From Candidatus Dojkabacteria bacterium (GTDB lineage Bacteria > Patescibacteriota > Dojkabacteria > JAFGLO01): DNA of 64,000 nucleotides. Below, one piece after another: positions 1 to 7,404 of this stretch. Both the position numbers and the translations under genes were made by a program. The stretch covers positions 3,847 to 67,846 of the forward strand of contig JAFGLO010000015.1 in NCBI GenBank assembly GCA_016927995.1. Direction: 5' to 3'. The number at the start of each line of letters is the position of its first letter. Position 1 is the stretch's first letter. Under the pieces are notes generated by a model. The model saw nothing but the letters and a program-made list of their open reading frames with translations. It did no database searches and had not been told where the DNA came from.

Positions 1-1
1 T

Positions 2-343
2 GATATTAAGGAACTTCGTGGTGATGAAGTTGTCGGTATCAAAATACTAAAAGAGGCGTTAATGTCTCCTATTAAGCAGATTGCTGAAAATGCAGGTAAG
101 AATGGAGATGTTGTTGTTGATAAATGTGGAAAAGGTATTGGATATGATGCAAGAAACGACCGATTTATCGATATGGTTAAAGAGGGTATTGTTGACGCTG
201 CTAAGGTTACAAAATATGCGCTTATTCATGGTGCTTCCGTTGCTGTTATGCTTCTTACAACCGAGGCATTAATCGTCGACGAACCCGAAGATGAAAAGGC
301 TTCTGCCGGTGCTCCCGATATGGGTGGTATGGGCATGATGTAA
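2..343 (+). CDS. groEL: Chaperonin GroEL, C-terminal portion (5' end lies outside the window)
   Basis: The frame is open from position 2. The translation reads ...DIKELRGDEVVGIKILKEAL...IVDAAKVTKYALIHGASVAVMLLTTEALIVDEPE...MGGMGMM*, i.e. the conserved GroEL C-terminal region ending in the typical GGM tail. Confidence 0.9.
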   Translation, partial: DIKELRGDEVVGIKILKEALMSPIKQIAENAGKNGDVVVDKCGKGIGYDARNDRFIDMVKEGIVDAAKVTKYALIHGASVAVMLLTTEALIVDEPEDEKASAGAPDMGGMGMM

Positions 344-412
344 CCGGCGTGTTCCTTTTGCCGGTTAAGGCACTGATGACACAGGGCAAATGTTGTAGCA
401 TAATGAAAGGGA

Positions 413-1453
413 ATGTTTTGCGATGTACTCAGATATGATATATTGGACCAGGAAATAAGTTCAGTATATCAACTAGCCATGCATACAATCCCGACAGGTT
501 CCGCAAAGTCAGCATCTGCAAAAGTCTTGCCTATTGCGCCGGAGCCTCCATTAGAAAAGCTTATTCAAATGTCCTTGCCGCCCGATATTAAGGCCGATGC
601 AATGGCCGCTCAATAAGGATTTGAAATTAAATCTACAGGCGCTGCAGCTGTAGAGCTCGAAGATGCTGGTACGCAGTTAGTAGAAGCTCTTACTGGTGCA
701 ACAGAAACTGCCGCAGAAAACGTTGAAACAGATGTACAAAAGTCACGTAAAGGTATTTGGGAGTTTTGGGGTACAGCCATAGGTGAGAACTGGCGAAGGG
801 TTTTAAACGTCGAAGATACAACCTCCTTTAAAGATCATGCTAAGGGTCTGGCATTTGACCTTGTTGTTTGGGCAACGTCACTTGGGGTAGATGTTGCAGA
901 CCTTTCTGTACTTGTTAATGCAGTGGACTTAGCGATTCCCGGTGCTGGGACAGCCATTTCTGCTGGTATAGACATGGCCTCAAGTGCAGTTGTAGGTAAA
1001 GCCACCGATGTAATTTATTCAAAAATGAAAGAAAAGGAGCTTAGAGATCAAGGCATTTCAGAAGCAGAAATATCAGAGCGTAAGAAAGGGGGTGAATTTA
1101 AATATGTTAGTGATACTGCCAGTGCAATTGCGCTTGCGCTGGGTTGGATCCCTGGGCTTAAAGAGGTAATAAGTAAAACATCTGTACAGGCGACACTTAA
1201 TCTTATGAAACATTCAGCATTTACAGGTAGTACGTACGAAAGTGGGCTTGCTAGAGTCGAAGCATTTCTTGATGGGAAAACAGAGGCAGAGTTTAGAGCA
1301 TTTGCGGAAGCACTTGGTATTAACCTTGGGAAAGATAAAGAGACAACAAAAACAAGTGATCGGACAATGGTTTCCGGTATTATTGTTAAAACCCTGGCAT
1401 CGCTTTTTGCGACACAGCAGACTGTATCGACAGCTGCAACTGCTTCTTTCTAA
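413..1453 (+). pseudogene. P-family paralog (copy 1) interrupted by an in-frame TAA at 614-616. ORFs 413..616 and 617..1453 are in the same frame. The only in-frame start codon after the stop is GTG at 923.
   Basis: Same reading frame on both sides of the TAA, with no ATG/GTG/TTG between 617 and 923. The region upstream of 923 (..KGIWEFWGTAIGENWRRVLNVEDTTSFKDHAKGLAFDLVVWATSLGVDVADL) aligns by eye with P2 (1921..2694: ..KGLWDHAKEVARWLLNVDQGKTLPGTAVGVLRDLAVLGIFVGVDLVDAPL), so the similarity spans the stop-codon region. Confidence 0.35.
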
Positions 1454-1481
1454 CCTAACTAAGATAATTTAAATATCGCTA

Positions 1482-1793
1482 ATGGACATACAAGAACTAA
1501 TAAATCAAAGTGTGGTTATCGAGAGACCTGCCAAAAAATCGCTAATTAATCTTGCTAAACTTCTGCCGGAAAATAGTCTGGAGCCGCTTAAGAAAATCTT
1601 AGAAACGGGTCAGGAAAAAATTAGATCTCACATCGAAACTTATCTTTTGGCTGTGCACGAAGCATTTGCCGAATACAAGAGGACTGTTTTGCAAATAAAA
1701 GGGCTTAAGGTTTTTGAAAAGTCAGAAGTTATTAAAAACGTTAATGTAATTGAAAATGCGATGATTGATAAAATTCTTGAGACGTTAGTTTAG
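1482..1793 (+). CDS. Small helical protein, 103 aa (S-family, copy 1). Hypothetical.
   Basis: Complete ORF. It is clearly paralogous to 2725..3036: both are 103 aa, with ..LLPENSLEPLKKILETGQEKIRSHIETYLLAVHEAFAEYKRTVLQIKGL.. versus ..VLPEDIIQPITDILEDAQAKIDSKVEQYFLSVQASFSKYKAKILSIDGL.. Confidence 0.6.
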   Translation: MDIQELINQSVVIERPAKKSLINLAKLLPENSLEPLKKILETGQEKIRSHIETYLLAVHEAFAEYKRTVLQIKGLKVFEKSEVIKNVNVIENAMIDKILETLV

Positions 1794-1920
1794 TGACGTC
1801 TTCGATAGTTGACTTTAAAGGTACTTTCTAATATTCTTGAGTATTGGACATTGCATGGTTCCTGTGTTTCATGCTATAATACGCAATGTAATTAACTGCT
1901 AAATTTATACAATAACGAAA

Positions 1921-2694
1921 ATGACTACTAATTGGTCTGCAGGACTAGAAGTGAGAACCCTTTCGCAACGACCCGATGCATCAGTAGCGGCTCAAACAAG
2001 TACTGGTAATGTTTTTGTTGATGCTAATCCTTCTGCACAAGGGACTGTTGATGCTAGGCCAACCGCTCCACAAACTCAACCTCCGGCTCAATCTGAGCGA
2101 ACCGCTCAAGGTCAACCTCCTGTAATGGAAGCACAACAACCAGAAAGTTCACCAGAAGCACAGGATCTAGTAGACCAAGCAACAGCTGAGCTCCGTAGTG
2201 AATTAAATGGGGCTTCAGCAGAGGCTGCAGCTGCAATAGAGAGCGAAACTCAAGCTGCTCACAAGGGTCTTTGGGATCATGCAAAAGAGGTTGCAAGATG
2301 GCTTCTCAATGTTGATCAGGGCAAAACTCTTCCTGGTACGGCAGTTGGAGTTTTAAGGGATCTTGCTGTTTTGGGGATCTTCGTGGGAGTAGATCTGGTG
2401 GATGCACCTCTAATTGGGCATGGAGTGGAGGCTTTGTTTGGTGGATTAAATTCTGCGTTGGGTGCGCGTGAAGCTAAGTTCAAGGATCTAATTGATGCAT
2501 ATTTGAAGGGTAACGCAAATGCAATCAACGGAATTAAACACGAGTTTCAGGAAGTTGTACTGGATGTAGTTAAACAAAAATTAGGCATGGATCCTAAAGT
2601 ACCTATTGGTGAATCCTTTGGAGTAATAATTGGTAGAACGGTAAGAGACTTGTTTGGGAGAGTCATGGGTTCTACTGCACAAGCAGCCGCATAA
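1921..2694 (+). CDS. P-family protein copy 2, 257 aa. Pro/Gln/Ala-rich N-terminus followed by a hydrophobic C-terminal half. Hypothetical.
   Basis: ORF preceded by an extended -10 element (TGcTATAAT, 1872-1880). It shares the KG(L/I)W..LNV..hydrophobic GVD(L/V)(V/A)D segment with copy 1. Confidence 0.6.
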   Translation: MTTNWSAGLEVRTLSQRPDASVAAQTSTGNVFVDANPSAQGTVDARPTAPQTQPPAQSERTAQGQPPVMEAQQPESSPEAQDLVDQATAELRSELNGASAEAAAAIESETQAAHKGLWDHAKEVARWLLNVDQGKTLPGTAVGVLRDLAVLGIFVGVDLVDAPLIGHGVEALFGGLNSALGAREAKFKDLIDAYLKGNANAINGIKHEFQEVVLDVVKQKLGMDPKVPIGESFGVIIGRTVRDLFGRVMGSTAQAAA

Positions 2695-2724
2695 TTTGTC
2701 TATACTTAAGTTTAAACTGCCAAA

Positions 2725-3036
2725 ATGAACATGCAAAACGTCATAACAAAAAGTACAGTTATAAGTCCTTCTGTCAAGGAAGCTCTTAATAACCTTTCAG
2801 TGGTATTGCCAGAGGATATCATTCAGCCAATTACTGATATTTTAGAGGATGCACAGGCAAAAATAGATTCAAAGGTTGAACAATATTTTTTGTCTGTACA
2901 AGCCTCTTTTAGTAAATATAAAGCTAAGATTCTTTCAATTGACGGACTTTCATTGAGATTAAAGGCACAGATAGTGTCCAACGTGAACACTATCGAAACC
3001 GCTATTATGGAAAATATAATTAAATCTTTAAGTTAA
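2725..3036 (+). CDS. Small helical protein, 103 aa (S-family, copy 2). Hypothetical.
   Basis: Paralog of 1482..1793. It lies 30 nt after P2 and 13 nt before the 1098-aa protein. Confidence 0.6.
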   Translation: MNMQNVITKSTVISPSVKEALNNLSVVLPEDIIQPITDILEDAQAKIDSKVEQYFLSVQASFSKYKAKILSIDGLSLRLKAQIVSNVNTIETAIMENIIKSLS

Positions 3037-3049
3037 TAATAAATAGAGC

Positions 3050-6000
3050 ATGGCAGTAAATCCAATTAGGGGTCCGGTACCACAATTTTTGGGTGGACCT
3101 CGTGGGGTAATGAATGAAGTCAATGCTGTTGTTCAACGACCTGCTGAGAATGTTTTTCGCTGGATTGACGAGAACCTTAGGCCCGTTAGAGTAATAGGTC
3201 GGCTTGCACAACGAATAGGCAATGCTTTCGATGCAGTTGATAATGTCGCACGTGGAGTTAGACCAGGTGTTGGTAATGTTGTTGATCAGCTCGACGCCCT
3301 TCGTGGAAATGTAGCCCAAGCCGCTGCAAACGTAGTCGATAAGGTGCCTTTGGTTGGGCATAGACTTAGCCAAAATATAGAGGAGCATCACGTTATTGCA
3401 GGCAAAGAAGTAGAAAACCTAGATAGAAGGTTTTATAAAAAGACAAGGGGAAAATCACTTGAGCAAATCGTTGATGCGCAGCTTCACTATAATGCAAAGC
3501 GTGCAGAGTATGAAGATATTGCAAATCAGCCTACGGTTCCTGGTGCACCAAATCTTGTAGAGCAATGGGCCGCCGGGCGTACAGCAGACATTGATTTGCA
3601 TGGGCGGGAAGAGCTTGCTCAAATAGATCCATCAGATACTGCCGCCATTGACAAAAAGCGAAAAGAAATTGCCGCAAGACTTATGGCAGACGAAGATATG
3701 CGAGGTGCAGTTTTGGCTGGAAATGTTATGGACAGAAATTCTTCAAAAGCGGTTCTTGATGCAAAATATGGTAGGGCTAACGCAGACCAAATGGTCAAAA
3801 TTATAGAAAAGAGTGCAAATGCAATGACTCCTACATATGGAGAAGTTCGCGGAGAAAAGAGATTAACCCAAGTTGATACACTGTCTACAGACGATCCGAG
3901 GCTTGGCGTAAGACTTGATATTGCTTCGGACATTGTAAAGAAAAACGCCCTAGATGCTGCCAGTAAAGAGTTTGGTAGAAGAATTGCCGATCCGATTTTG
4001 GAAGGTCAAAAGGTTGATAGGCAGATTGGATTTTTCCGGGATGGTAAGGCTAGGGATTTTGTAGCTGATCTTAGGGCCGGGCTTAGTAAACCTCCTACGG
4101 CTGACGAAATCAAAAGACTTGAAAAGGCTTTAAATAAAAGCCCATTTAACCAAAGAGTTGATATTGACGATAGACTTGCAACACCAGGATCAAGAGTTGG
4201 GCCTGCGGCCAGAGCGCTTGATGTTATCTGGCGAGAAATTTATACGTACGAAGGACTAAGAAATATTGATCTTAGTAAGCCCAAAGATAGAAATGACTTC
4301 AGAAAGACAGTTCTATGCAATATTTATGGTTTAGATACAGATTTAGATCCCAAGGTTAGGGATATGCAGAAGGTTACTGCAGAAGCCAAGAAAATTGCCG
4401 ATGCTAATAACCCCGCTGACAAAGCCAATGCCATAAGTGCGCTTATGGCTAACACGCATATTTCAGAAAATATGAAGTTTGCAATTCTTTTTGATGCTGC
4501 CGTAACAAAGGGTAAAAACATAAATGGAACGCAGAACATTGAACAAATAATTGCATTTATGGATGGGAAGACAATGCCAGAAGTTATGCAAGATCTTGCT
4601 AACGCACTAGGCGTTGCCGATTTAAATAGCACTGCGCCAGGAATTAATAACATGGTTGATTATGTGTTTAATATGCTTCCCGATGTGCAATTACTCGTGG
4701 AAACTCCAGATGGTGATCTTAACCAAGCAATGTGTGAAGCCTTTATGAAGATGCAGCTTCTCGTTGATATGGACAAATTTATGGTAATGAAGGCAGATGG
4801 TTCCGGATGGGAATTTGCGGTTGATGCTAACGGAATTGCTTATTGTCCTCCAAACCTGCAGCCAGCTGTTTTCAAGTACATGGAAATGCTAGGTAAGGAC
4901 AGAAATATGGGCAATGGATTCCTTAAGGCTGTTGGTGAATGGGCAATTGCAAACGCTGGAGGCGCTATGGGTGTCACAATCGATCAGTTACCTGATCGAT
5001 TCTTTAACACACAGGCACAAAACAAGCGTGAAACTCCAAAAACGTTGCGTGATCTTGAAAAGAATCCTCAACTTGCCGATGCCCTTCGTGAACTTGGGCT
5101 TACTCCTGCCGAACAAGCTCGAATCATTAAAGAGAACGAAACAAGCTTGCTTGGACGTTTAATTAGTGGTAGCAAAGAGGCATTTCAAAAATTGGTTCGC
5201 GGTGGTGCATTTGCACTTGCTACAGCCGCAGTAATGACAACCATTGGAGCTACATTAGGAGCTCCGGTCGCTACTGGGCTTGCCGTAGTTATGGGTATTT
5301 ACGCGGCGTTTAACGTATTACGAGGTGGTTCGGATACAATCGTTGGATTTGTAAGATCAGGTGCGGAACTACTTAACGCATGGATTCATGGCGAAGATAA
5401 AGATAGACTTGCCGAAAAGCAGCAAAGATTTAAAGTTGCACTAAAGCGACTTGGTGCATTTGCACTTGGAGCTGCCGGTGGTGCTGCAATGGTTGTTGGT
5501 TTTGGAAATTTTGCGGGCGTAATTGCGTCATTATTAATGATTCCTGCCGAAAAGGTATCAGAGGTTACCAGGCTTATGGAAAACAAATCTAGAGTCAAGA
5601 AATTAATGCAAGAGATTGCCGATGGTACTATTGCTGGCCTTTCCGAAGAAGAAAAAGCTGCCAGGAGAGCCGAATTCAGAAAATGGATTGAAAAGGAAGA
5701 TAGGGCTAAGAATTTCTGGACCGCACTCGTATCCGGTGTCGTAACTGGTGCTGCGGCCGCAGGCTTATGGGTTCCTAAGCAGTATCAAAATCTTGGAGGT
5801 AAGGCTATTCAAAGAATTCGCGCAAGTAGAATGACTGGTCCTACTGGTATTATTGGTGGACCTGGTCCAAGCGTTACTCCACCCGCTGGTCCCCAAACTC
5901 CACCTGCTGGCGGAACTGTTACGGGTGACATTATCGTTGAGCAGGGTGGTAATCATGGAACCAGACTTGTTCCATTTGAGGCAGATGCTAATGGATATAA

Positions 6001-6346
6001 GGTAACGTTGGGTCAAGGAGATAGTGCGGGCGTAGGATTTAAAGCACTTTTTGAGGCACGTAAGGGTGCTGATATCCCGGATTTATGGCCAGATCTGGCG
6101 GCCCAGGGCAATCCGTTTGCACAGTTTGTGGCAAAACACTTGTATAATCCTACAGGTGCTGTTATACAGAGGAATGTATTCATAGACTTCCTTCGTAACA
6201 GAGGGGTAGCCGACCCTGTGGCGTTTATTAATGGAATTGATCAAAAGACGCTGGATGTTTTGTTGCGTACTCCTGGTACTGGTAGGGTAGTTGCAGGAGA
6301 TGTACTAAAGTTGACCAATGAACAAGCACGCGTGCTTTTTGACTAA
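3050..6346 (+). CDS. Large protein, 1098 aa (P3). It has a long helical N-terminal region, about 4-5 predicted TM helices near aa 720-880, a Pro-rich linker (PTGIIGGPGPSVTPPAGPQTPPAGG) and a distinct ~150-aa C-terminal domain. Hypothetical; candidate effector/toxin-like protein.
   Basis: Long uninterrupted ORF. The hydrophobic stretches are visible in the translation (GGAFALATAAVMTTIGATLGAPVATGLAVVMGIYAAF.., LGAFALGAAGGAAMVVGFGNFAGVIASLLMI.., NFWTALVSGVVTGAAAAGLWV). The Pro-rich linker precedes the terminal domain. Confidence 0.7.
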   Translation: MAVNPIRGPVPQFLGGPRGVMNEVNAVVQRPAENVFRWIDENLRPVRVIGRLAQRIGNAFDAVDNVARGVRPGVGNVVDQLDALRGNVAQAAANVVDKVPLVGHRLSQNIEEHHVIAGKEVENLDRRFYKKTRGKSLEQIVDAQLHYNAKRAEYEDIANQPTVPGAPNLVEQWAAGRTADIDLHGREELAQIDPSDTAAIDKKRKEIAARLMADEDMRGAVLAGNVMDRNSSKAVLDAKYGRANADQMVKIIEKSANAMTPTYGEVRGEKRLTQVDTLSTDDPRLGVRLDIASDIVKKNALDAASKEFGRRIADPILEGQKVDRQIGFFRDGKARDFVADLRAGLSKPPTADEIKRLEKALNKSPFNQRVDIDDRLATPGSRVGPAARALDVIWREIYTYEGLRNIDLSKPKDRNDFRKTVLCNIYGLDTDLDPKVRDMQKVTAEAKKIADANNPADKANAISALMANTHISENMKFAILFDAAVTKGKNINGTQNIEQIIAFMDGKTMPEVMQDLANALGVADLNSTAPGINNMVDYVFNMLPDVQLLVETPDGDLNQAMCEAFMKMQLLVDMDKFMVMKADGSGWEFAVDANGIAYCPPNLQPAVFKYMEMLGKDRNMGNGFLKAVGEWAIANAGGAMGVTIDQLPDRFFNTQAQNKRETPKTLRDLEKNPQLADALRELGLTPAEQARIIKENETSLLGRLISGSKEAFQKLVRGGAFALATAAVMTTIGATLGAPVATGLAVVMGIYAAFNVLRGGSDTIVGFVRSGAELLNAWIHGEDKDRLAEKQQRFKVALKRLGAFALGAAGGAAMVVGFGNFAGVIASLLMIPAEKVSEVTRLMENKSRVKKLMQEIADGTIAGLSEEEKAARRAEFRKWIEKEDRAKNFWTALVSGVVTGAAAAGLWVPKQYQNLGGKAIQRIRASRMTGPTGIIGGPGPSVTPPAGPQTPPAGGTVTGDIIVEQGGNHGTRLVPFEADANGYKVTLGQGDSAGVGFKALFEARKGADIPDLWPDLAAQGNPFAQFVAKHLYNPTGAVIQRNVFIDFLRNRGVADPVAFINGIDQKTLDVLLRTPGTGRVVAGDVLKLTNEQARVLFD

Positions 6347-6375
6347 TACGAATCTAAATTAACTGCCCACTAAAA

Positions 6376-6810
6376 ATGGACTTAAACGACTATAGTAGTA
6401 AGTTGCAGGCTCTTACCGGCGTTGCAATGACCGACGAAGAAAAGGAATCAATTACGGCGCTTGCCAAAACTGTTGTTCCCATGCAAACAGATACCGACAG
6501 ATTAGAGATTTTATTAAAGGAAAAGGGTTTAAACGCTGAAGAGGTAGAAGCAATTATCGAGCAAGCAAAGGCACTTTTAGGCCTTTGGCTTTTGCGATAC
6601 ATTTTCGACAATACTACAGAGGACGAGCGCAAAAATATTGAAATTGCTGCCGAAAGTCTCTCTCCAACCCAAACCAACGAACTAATGGATGTTTTAATGG
6701 AAAAAAAGATAGGTAAGTCAATGGCTGATTTGTCCGACGAGTTGTGGGCGCAGGTAGTTGACGCCTTTGTTGAAGATATCGAGACAATCATAAATGACAG
6801 TAAGAGGTAG
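6376..6810 (+). CDS. Small acidic protein, 144 aa. Hypothetical; candidate immunity/chaperone partner of the upstream large protein.
   Basis: ORF 29 nt downstream of P3. It is strongly acidic (many D/E) and helical. Confidence 0.55.
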   Translation: MDLNDYSSKLQALTGVAMTDEEKESITALAKTVVPMQTDTDRLEILLKEKGLNAEEVEAIIEQAKALLGLWLLRYIFDNTTEDERKNIEIAAESLSPTQTNELMDVLMEKKIGKSMADLSDELWAQVVDAFVEDIETIINDSKR

Positions 6811-6881
6811 GTGATAAATAACACCGATAGGTGTCGTAGAGACATGTTTACAACTTGTCCCTATGTATTATTATCGTACAA

Positions 6882-6910
6882 TTGAAAAGGTATCTTGTAT
6901 CCTGTATAAT
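6882..6910 (+). promoter_or_regulatory. Sigma70-like promoter for the pilin gene: TTGAAA - 17 nt - TATAAT. The transcript would be near-leaderless (ATG at 6917).
   Basis: -35 TTGAAA at 6882-6887, a 17-nt spacer, and -10 TATAAT at 6905-6910 preceded by TG. Confidence 0.4.
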
Positions 6911-6916
6911 ACGCGC

Positions 6917-7231
6917 ATGAAAATTTGGCAACAAATAGTAACATATCTGACTGAAATTGATCCCAGCGGTTCAATTACCGCAACAGATACTAAGTCCGTG
7001 GTAACTTTGATCGTGAACATAAGTATCGGGGTTGGCGGGGGAATCGCGACTTTACTTATTATCATCGGCGGTATCCAAATGCTTGGCAGCGGCGGTGATC
7101 CGGGCAAGGTTAAAGAAGGCCAGGAAATGATTGTAAACGCATTAATGGGTTTGGCTCTTATTTTACTTGCTGTAATGGTTGTTCGAACTTTAGGATTTGA
7201 TGTACTTCGTATCCCGGGCTTTACCATGTAG
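6917..7231 (+). CDS. TrbC/VirB2-like type IV secretion pilin-like membrane protein
   Basis: Contains ..GGGIATLLIIIGGIQMLGSGGDPGKVKEGQEMIVNALMGLALILLAV.. The same hydrophobic-SxGDPxK(x)xEAQ-hydrophobic architecture is seen in the paralogs at 55910 and 56252. Assignment to the VirB2/TrbC family is by motif resemblance, not by database search. Confidence 0.5.
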   Translation: MKIWQQIVTYLTEIDPSGSITATDTKSVVTLIVNISIGVGGGIATLLIIIGGIQMLGSGGDPGKVKEGQEMIVNALMGLALILLAVMVVRTLGFDVLRIPGFTM

Positions 7232-7238
7232 TTAAGTG

Positions 7239-7267
7239 TTGACATTGCATAATTACTCTGATAAAAT
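7239..7267 (+). promoter_or_regulatory. Candidate sigma70 promoter upstream of rpoB (TTGACA - 17 nt - TAAAAT)
   Basis: -35 TTGACA at 7239-7244, a 17-nt spacer, and -10 TAAAAT at 7262-7267. This leaves a ~135-nt leader before rpoB. Confidence 0.4.
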
Positions 7268-7404
7268 ACCCCTTGCAGTCTATATCAAATTCGGGAGATA
7301 TCACTAAAAAATGGTAGATCTATTACTAGATAAGCTTTTTTGTATGTATAGTTTTTGTTCGCCTATTAATCGTTTCGCGTCATAAATTAACCTTGATCTA
7401 ACTC

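Noticed and set aside
3050-6346. Phage tape-measure protein with upstream tail-assembly chaperone (S2), i.e. a prophage tail module
   Set aside because: A long helical protein with central hydrophobic segments preceded by a ~100-aa ORF looks superficially similar. However, no capsid, portal, terminase, tail-tube or integrase genes are nearby, and the P/S paralogy is unlike tail modules. The idea is kept only as a remote alternative.
6390-6845. 151-aa ORF on the minus strand
   Set aside because: It is entirely antisense to the better-supported acidic 144-aa ORF (6376-6810). It has a low-complexity Ser-rich translation typical of the shadow frame of an A/T-rich gene.
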